Origin: an uncultured bacterium
GTDB lineage: Bacteria > Patescibacteriota > Minisyncoccia > Phycocordibacterales > GWA1-40-21
Direction: 5' to 3'
DNA: 64,000 bases
NCBI GenBank assembly: GCA_903823865.1
Contig: CAIJUJ010000027.1
Coordinates: 12,065 to 76,064 of the forward strand
Each line of letters starts with the position of its first letter. Position 1 is the first letter of the stretch. The notes beneath the pieces are model-generated. The model worked only from the letters and a program-made list of their open reading frames with translations, was not told the origin of the DNA and did no database searches. Below, piece after piece: positions 59,761-64,000 of the stretch. Both the position numbers and the translations under genes were made by a program.

Positions 59761-60483
59761 TTATTTTAATCCAAACGCAGCCTTCACTGTCACCATAACA
59801 TTTTTATTTATTTTTGAAGTATCATAAGTGCCATAATCAGAAACTTCTAAAGAATTTGCGGGGAGAACCTGAACAACACCACTAGCTGCAGATTTTAAAT
59901 CTCCAACATTTCTTCCTGTTGCTTCTGCAATTTTCTGTGCTCTAGCTTTTGCATCTTTTATTGCATCAGAAAGTAGAGCAACTCTCAAATCAGGTAATTT
60001 TGTATAATAATATTCTACCGCATTAGTGCTAAATATCACGCCTTTATTTATCAAATCTTGGGTTTTTTGAGCTAGGGTAGTAATTTGATTTATGTCGGAA
60101 GAAGAAACTTCAACAGTCTGGCTAATTGTATATTCTTTCTCTGTTTGGGTATTATTGTTATTATAATTATAATTTTCAAACATAGAAACAGTAGAAATTG
60201 TAACGTTCTTATCATCTATTCCCTGGTCTTTCAAAAACTTTTGTACAGCGACTAAATCTTGCGCAATTTGAGCATAACCGGCTTTTAAATTACTAACTTT
60301 TACTATCCTTGAAAAATTTCCAGAAAACTTTGCACTGTCAGAGACTACTTCTTTACTTGCTGAACCAGTGACCGACAAAGAGTTGCTTGAATCTTTATTG
60401 TAATAAGATATCGCCCAGATAGAAGAGCTTATAATTAAACAAACCCCAATTATTATTGATAGTGCAAGATTATTTTGTTTCAT
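59761..60483 (-). CDS. SIMPL (DUF541) domain protein
   Basis: LSVTGSA..V.SD.A; AIKDAKARAQKIA. Confidence 0.8.
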   Translation of the reverse strand: MKQNNLALSIIIGVCLIISSSIWAISYYNKDSSNSLSVTGSASKEVVSDSAKFSGNFSRIVKVSNLKAGYAQIAQDLVAVQKFLKDQGIDDKNVTISTVSMFENYNYNNNNTQTEKEYTISQTVEVSSSDINQITTLAQKTQDLINKGVIFSTNAVEYYYTKLPDLRVALLSDAIKDAKARAQKIAEATGRNVGDLKSAASGVVQVLPANSLEVSDYGTYDTSKINKNVMVTVKAAFGLK

Positions 60484-60518
60484 TTTTTAAATATTATTTA
60501 GCTAAATTAATAAGTCAA

Positions 60519-61145
60519 TTATAGCGCACTTTTATTTTTTTGTCGTGCTTCTTTTTTATTAAAGAAAGTATCTATCGCTCTACTAATAAAAATACCAGCA
60601 ACAATTAGTATCACAATAAATAATATGTGTTTAACTTTTCCTATACTTTTTACAATTGGGGCATAGGATTCATTAAAGAAATAACCAACCCAGATTAGAA
60701 AAGGCGCGTAAATAAAAGTAGCTAAGGTATTATACGTCATGAAAGTCTGGTGTTTGACTTTTGTATGCCCAGAAAAAACTGGCCCAACGAATCTTAAAAA
60801 TGGAATAAATCTACAAATAAAAACTGTTGCACCAATATGTTTGGTAATAAAATCTTTTCTTTTTGAAATTATTTTTAAAGATAAAACTTCATGAATTAAT
60901 TTTGAAACATATTTATTATTTTTGAGAGTAAGTGTGTAAACAATATTATCCCCAATTACAAAGGCCATTATAATAAGAAAAACTGCGGGGATGGTGCTGA
61001 TTAAATTTGATTTAATCATGTAACCAGTAATAATGAGGATCATTTCCTCTGGAAAAGGAATCAGAGTACCAGAAAATAGTGCGAAAAAGAAAATCGCCAA
61101 ATAAGAAAAATGCTCAACTGAAACGATAAAAAGTGTATCATGCAT
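60519..61145 (-). CDS. DedA family membrane protein
   Basis: PFPEE, GDNIVY, RFIPFLR. Confidence 0.87.
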   Translation of the reverse strand: MHDTLFIVSVEHFSYLAIFFFALFSGTLIPFPEEMILIITGYMIKSNLISTIPAVFLIIMAFVIGDNIVYTLTLKNNKYVSKLIHEVLSLKIISKRKDFITKHIGATVFICRFIPFLRFVGPVFSGHTKVKHQTFMTYNTLATFIYAPFLIWVGYFFNESYAPIVKSIGKVKHILFIVILIVAGIFISRAIDTFFNKKEARQKNKSAL

Positions 61146-61233
61146 AATAATTTATATTTAAATATATTACCATAAATATAAATAAAATGTAGTACACATT
61201 GTTTTATTTACCAATAACAGTTAATATAAAATT

Positions 61234-61938
61234 ATGTTAGATGAAAACCAAAAAAGCATAAGAATAAATAAGTATTTAGCTATGCGGGGTGTAGCGACAA
61301 GAAGAGATGCTGACAAAATCATTGAAGCAGGGAAAGTTACAATAAATGGTAGGAAAGCAATACTTGGTGACAGAGTCAATGAAGGTGATAAAGTTGAAGT
61401 GTTGAAGAAATTGAAAAACAATTTCGTTTATTTTGCGTACTACAAGCCACGAGGAATAATCACCCACTCTCCGCAAGACGGAGAAACTGATATTATTTCG
61501 TCTATAAAAATTAAAGGTGTATTCCCCATTGGTAGACTTGATAAAGATTCAGAAGGATTAATTTTACTTACAAATGACGGCAGAATTACAGATAGACTTT
61601 TAAATCCGAAGTATGAGCATGACAAAGAATATATGGTAAAAACAAGAGTCCCAATAAAAGAATTCCAACTAAAAGTAATGGAAAAAGGAATGGATCTTGA
61701 AGGAATGATCACTGCTCCGTGTAAAACAAGATTAATTGATGATAAACTTTTTGCTATTACAATTTCAGAAGGCCAAAAACATCAGATAAGAAGAATGTGT
61801 GATGCACTTACACTACCGATCGATTCTTTAAAAAGAGTTAGAGTTATGAATATTAGACTCGGACAACTCAAGTCAAATGAATATAGAAAAATTGATGGTG
61901 AAGAATTAAAAACCTTTCTTTCTTCACTTTCTTTGTAA
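61234..61938 (+). CDS. rRNA pseudouridine synthase (RsuA/RluB/RluF family)
   Basis: S4 domain RINKYLA; GRLDKDSEGL; EGQKHQIRRM. Confidence 0.92.
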   Translation: MLDENQKSIRINKYLAMRGVATRRDADKIIEAGKVTINGRKAILGDRVNEGDKVEVLKKLKNNFVYFAYYKPRGIITHSPQDGETDIISSIKIKGVFPIGRLDKDSEGLILLTNDGRITDRLLNPKYEHDKEYMVKTRVPIKEFQLKVMEKGMDLEGMITAPCKTRLIDDKLFAITISEGQKHQIRRMCDALTLPIDSLKRVRVMNIRLGQLKSNEYRKIDGEELKTFLSSLSL

Positions 61939-61973
61939 AAAATAAAGGGCCTTCGCTTTCGCAAAAACCCTTT

Positions 61974-62402
61974 TTATTTTTTTATGACTCCTTTTTGTTG
62001 AAATATTTTTCTTTCTTTCTTTGGTATTCTATACCAAAGATTAGAAAAAACCTTTATTCTTTTGTTTTGCTTCCTGAAATTATCTACTACCTCCTTATAT
62101 AAATAAGAAATGAATTTAACAAAAAAATTTTTCTTATTACTTTTTTCGTACTCCTTCCAATGCTTACGCATTGAAAAAAGTCTTTTGATTCTGCCGTTGT
62201 GGTAAACGGAGTAATCGATTATCTCATCCTTAATCTGAGATAATCTTTTGGAATACAGGTTTTTGTTTATTGTATTATTTTCACCCGCTTTCCAGATTCT
62301 ATATTTACAATAAGAAATTGCATTTTCAGCGTTTTTGTCAAAAATATATTTTGATAAAAACAAAATAAATAATAGTGCAAGACAAACAATTATTATTGAC
62401 AT
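61974..62402 (-). CDS. Basic hypothetical protein with N-terminal TM
   Basis: G-rich SD-like sequence upstream; no family recognised. Confidence 0.45.
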   Translation of the reverse strand: MSIIIVCLALLFILFLSKYIFDKNAENAISYCKYRIWKAGENNTINKNLYSKRLSQIKDEIIDYSVYHNGRIKRLFSMRKHWKEYEKSNKKNFFVKFISYLYKEVVDNFRKQNKRIKVFSNLWYRIPKKERKIFQQKGVIKK

Positions 62403-62487
62403 TCAAACCACCCCCTTTTTATATTTTCAACAATTTTACTTCTATTAAAAAGATAACACTCTAATGAACTAAAATCAATTCACTAAT

Positions 62488-62985
62488 TTATTTTTTAATA
62501 ATAAAATATATTACCAAGACAATAATTGAAACAAAGATTTGTATAGAAATACCAAACCAAATATATTTTTTGTTTTCAATATCGCGACCCATCTTATCAT
62601 GAAGTCTTTGAAAAAAAATAAAAGGTTGCTTTTTGAATTTGTAATACAATAATTGGAAAAAATCTGGCAACCATGCGCCAATAATACCTAGAAGGGTTAT
62701 GACAGCACTTTTTTCATCTTTCACAAATATTAAAAAACACAAAATAAGAGCCCCTATCGCTTCAAGTATAATGAACAGTAATTTTATTGCCGCTGCTGAA
62801 CTCTTGAATATAGACACCATCGTGCTTGTTTTCTTATCCATAAAACTATTAATATCGTAATCCTTGTGTGGGATCATATCCAAAACATAATGACTGAAAA
62901 ACGCAAGCGCAAAGCCCAATACTGGTTCATTTGGAACCAAATTAGCTACTGCGGCACCTAGAAGCGCATGGGGAGTTAAAATCAT
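62488..62985 (-). CDS. Membrane protein, possible metal-binding hydrolase-like
   Basis: TPH, SHYVLDMIPH, LPD, LH motif pattern. Confidence 0.55.
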   Translation of the reverse strand: MILTPHALLGAAVANLVPNEPVLGFALAFFSHYVLDMIPHKDYDINSFMDKKTSTMVSIFKSSAAAIKLLFIILEAIGALILCFLIFVKDEKSAVITLLGIIGAWLPDFFQLLYYKFKKQPFIFFQRLHDKMGRDIENKKYIWFGISIQIFVSIIVLVIYFIIKK

Positions 62986-63998
62986 ATCGTTTTAATACAA
63001 GTATTATATGCTGACACCTCTTTGTTATAGTCAGCGACCCTAGCTTTTATTTCTGATGCTAAATTGTTATAAAGTCCTGCCAAAGTATTTCTTTCTGCGA
63101 CTTTTGAATTATACGTTTGTGTATCAGTAGCACTAATTGTTTTTAATTCTGTATCAATAGTTTTTATGTTATTTAAAATACCATCTGCTGAATATTTATA
63201 TTGGGCAATCTTGTCTTTTAAAACCGTATCGGGAGATGTACACCCCGCCATCGGCTTACCAAAAATTTGCGTAGCAATCCAAACAGTTTGGCCATTATAA
63301 GTTCCCTGCACTGCATAAACTCCAATTTCTGTATAATTTTTATTTAAAATATTTGCTCTGTGCCCCGGGCTGTCCATCCAAGCGTTAACAAGACCTTCTG
63401 ATCCATTAAAATTCCCAAGTGCAATGTTTTCCCCAATGGTAATATATGAATAACCATTTTTTACGGCTTCTTTTGAAGCATTGTCACCTGTCGGAGAATT
63501 GTGTTCAAAATATTGCTGTGCAAACATGTCTTTTACACGCACCTCGGCAATGTTTGATAAAACGCTATTATATTTTAAATCAATTAGACTTGGGTCGTTA
63601 CTTTTTCTTGCGTTATTTGTCAAAGTAATAATTTGGCTAGCATTTAAATCACCACCTCCAACACCGACATTTGTCACGTATATGTCTGGTTCTGGATTAT
63701 TTATAGATGACGTATTTGGTAATTCAGTATTTGAAATGCCACTGTTACCATTTAAATTTTGTAGGGTCGTTTTGTTTATTTTAGCAGTTGTATCTGCTGG
63801 TACCGAATATGAAGTGCAAAATCTTTTTCCAAGGTTTGATCTTAATTCCCCATCTTTCCATTCTCCGGTTGATAGAGACAAAATATAATTTTTACAAAAA
63901 TCATTCTTTACCTGCCCAATTATTTTTGTACTAAAAAAATTTATAATACCTGAAAAAGTATCAGTAAAAGTAGATGCTTTGGCGACATTACAAAACAC
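62982..63998 (-). CDS. CAP (SCP) domain protein, 5' end outside the window
   Basis: YFEH.SP, GENIA, WMDSPGHRANIL...IGV. Confidence 0.88.
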   Translation of the reverse strand: MFCNVAKASTFTDTFSGIINFFSTKIIGQVKNDFCKNYILSLSTGEWKDGELRSNLGKRFCTSYSVPADTTAKINKTTLQNLNGNSGISNTELPNTSSINNPEPDIYVTNVGVGGGDLNASQIITLTNNARKSNDPSLIDLKYNSVLSNIAEVRVKDMFAQQYFEHNSPTGDNASKEAVKNGYSYITIGENIALGNFNGSEGLVNAWMDSPGHRANILNKNYTEIGVYAVQGTYNGQTVWIATQIFGKPMAGCTSPDTVLKDKIAQYKYSADGILNNIKTIDTELKTISATDTQTYNSKVAERNTLAGLYNNLASEIKARVADYNKEVSAYNTCIKTI

Positions 63999-64000
63999 CA

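Noticed and set aside
301-63888. Many short antisense or overlapping ORFs in the track (e.g. 12943-13797 +, 22775-23314 +, 33621-34046 +)
   Set aside because: They are shadows of well-supported minus-strand genes and have no recognisable motifs.

Overview
AT-rich bacterial chromosomal segment using standard code 11 (TGA is a stop). Gene content and style (streamlined aaRSs, mostly SD-less housekeeping genes, DUF5663-like protein, FtsA-like/baseplate-J-like pair) suggest Patescibacteria/CPR; that assignment is inference. Almost all genes are on the minus strand: cell wall and division (M23 peptidase, murG, ftsW, mraY, ddl), scpAB, gltX/aspS/trpS/alaS, grpE-dnaK-dnaJ, the infA-rpmJ-rpsMKD-rpoA-rplQ-rplM-rpsI cluster, mnmA, ychF, a 1219-aa glycosyltransferase-domain protein, ABC/MacAB-like transporters, four tRNAs, uvrC/A/B with a two-component pair, and tgt. 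Main finding: a recurring 'terminus swap' architecture. At dnaK (3'), dnaJ (5'), uvrA (both ends) and uvrB (3'), a short CCC...GGG palindromic element separates the working gene terminus from an orphaned second version of the same terminus. In four of the five cases the shared residues differ only by synonymous codons. tRNA-Ala(GGC) shows the same layout, and no mobilising enzyme is encoded in the window. Also found: a compact T-box riboswitch upstream of aspS, two candidate sRNAs, a covarying structured element downstream of two tRNAs, and palindromic inserts inside mnmA and tgt. The ORF track gives the wrong strand for the ClpP-like gene (it is +) and misses rpmJ and the M23 gene.
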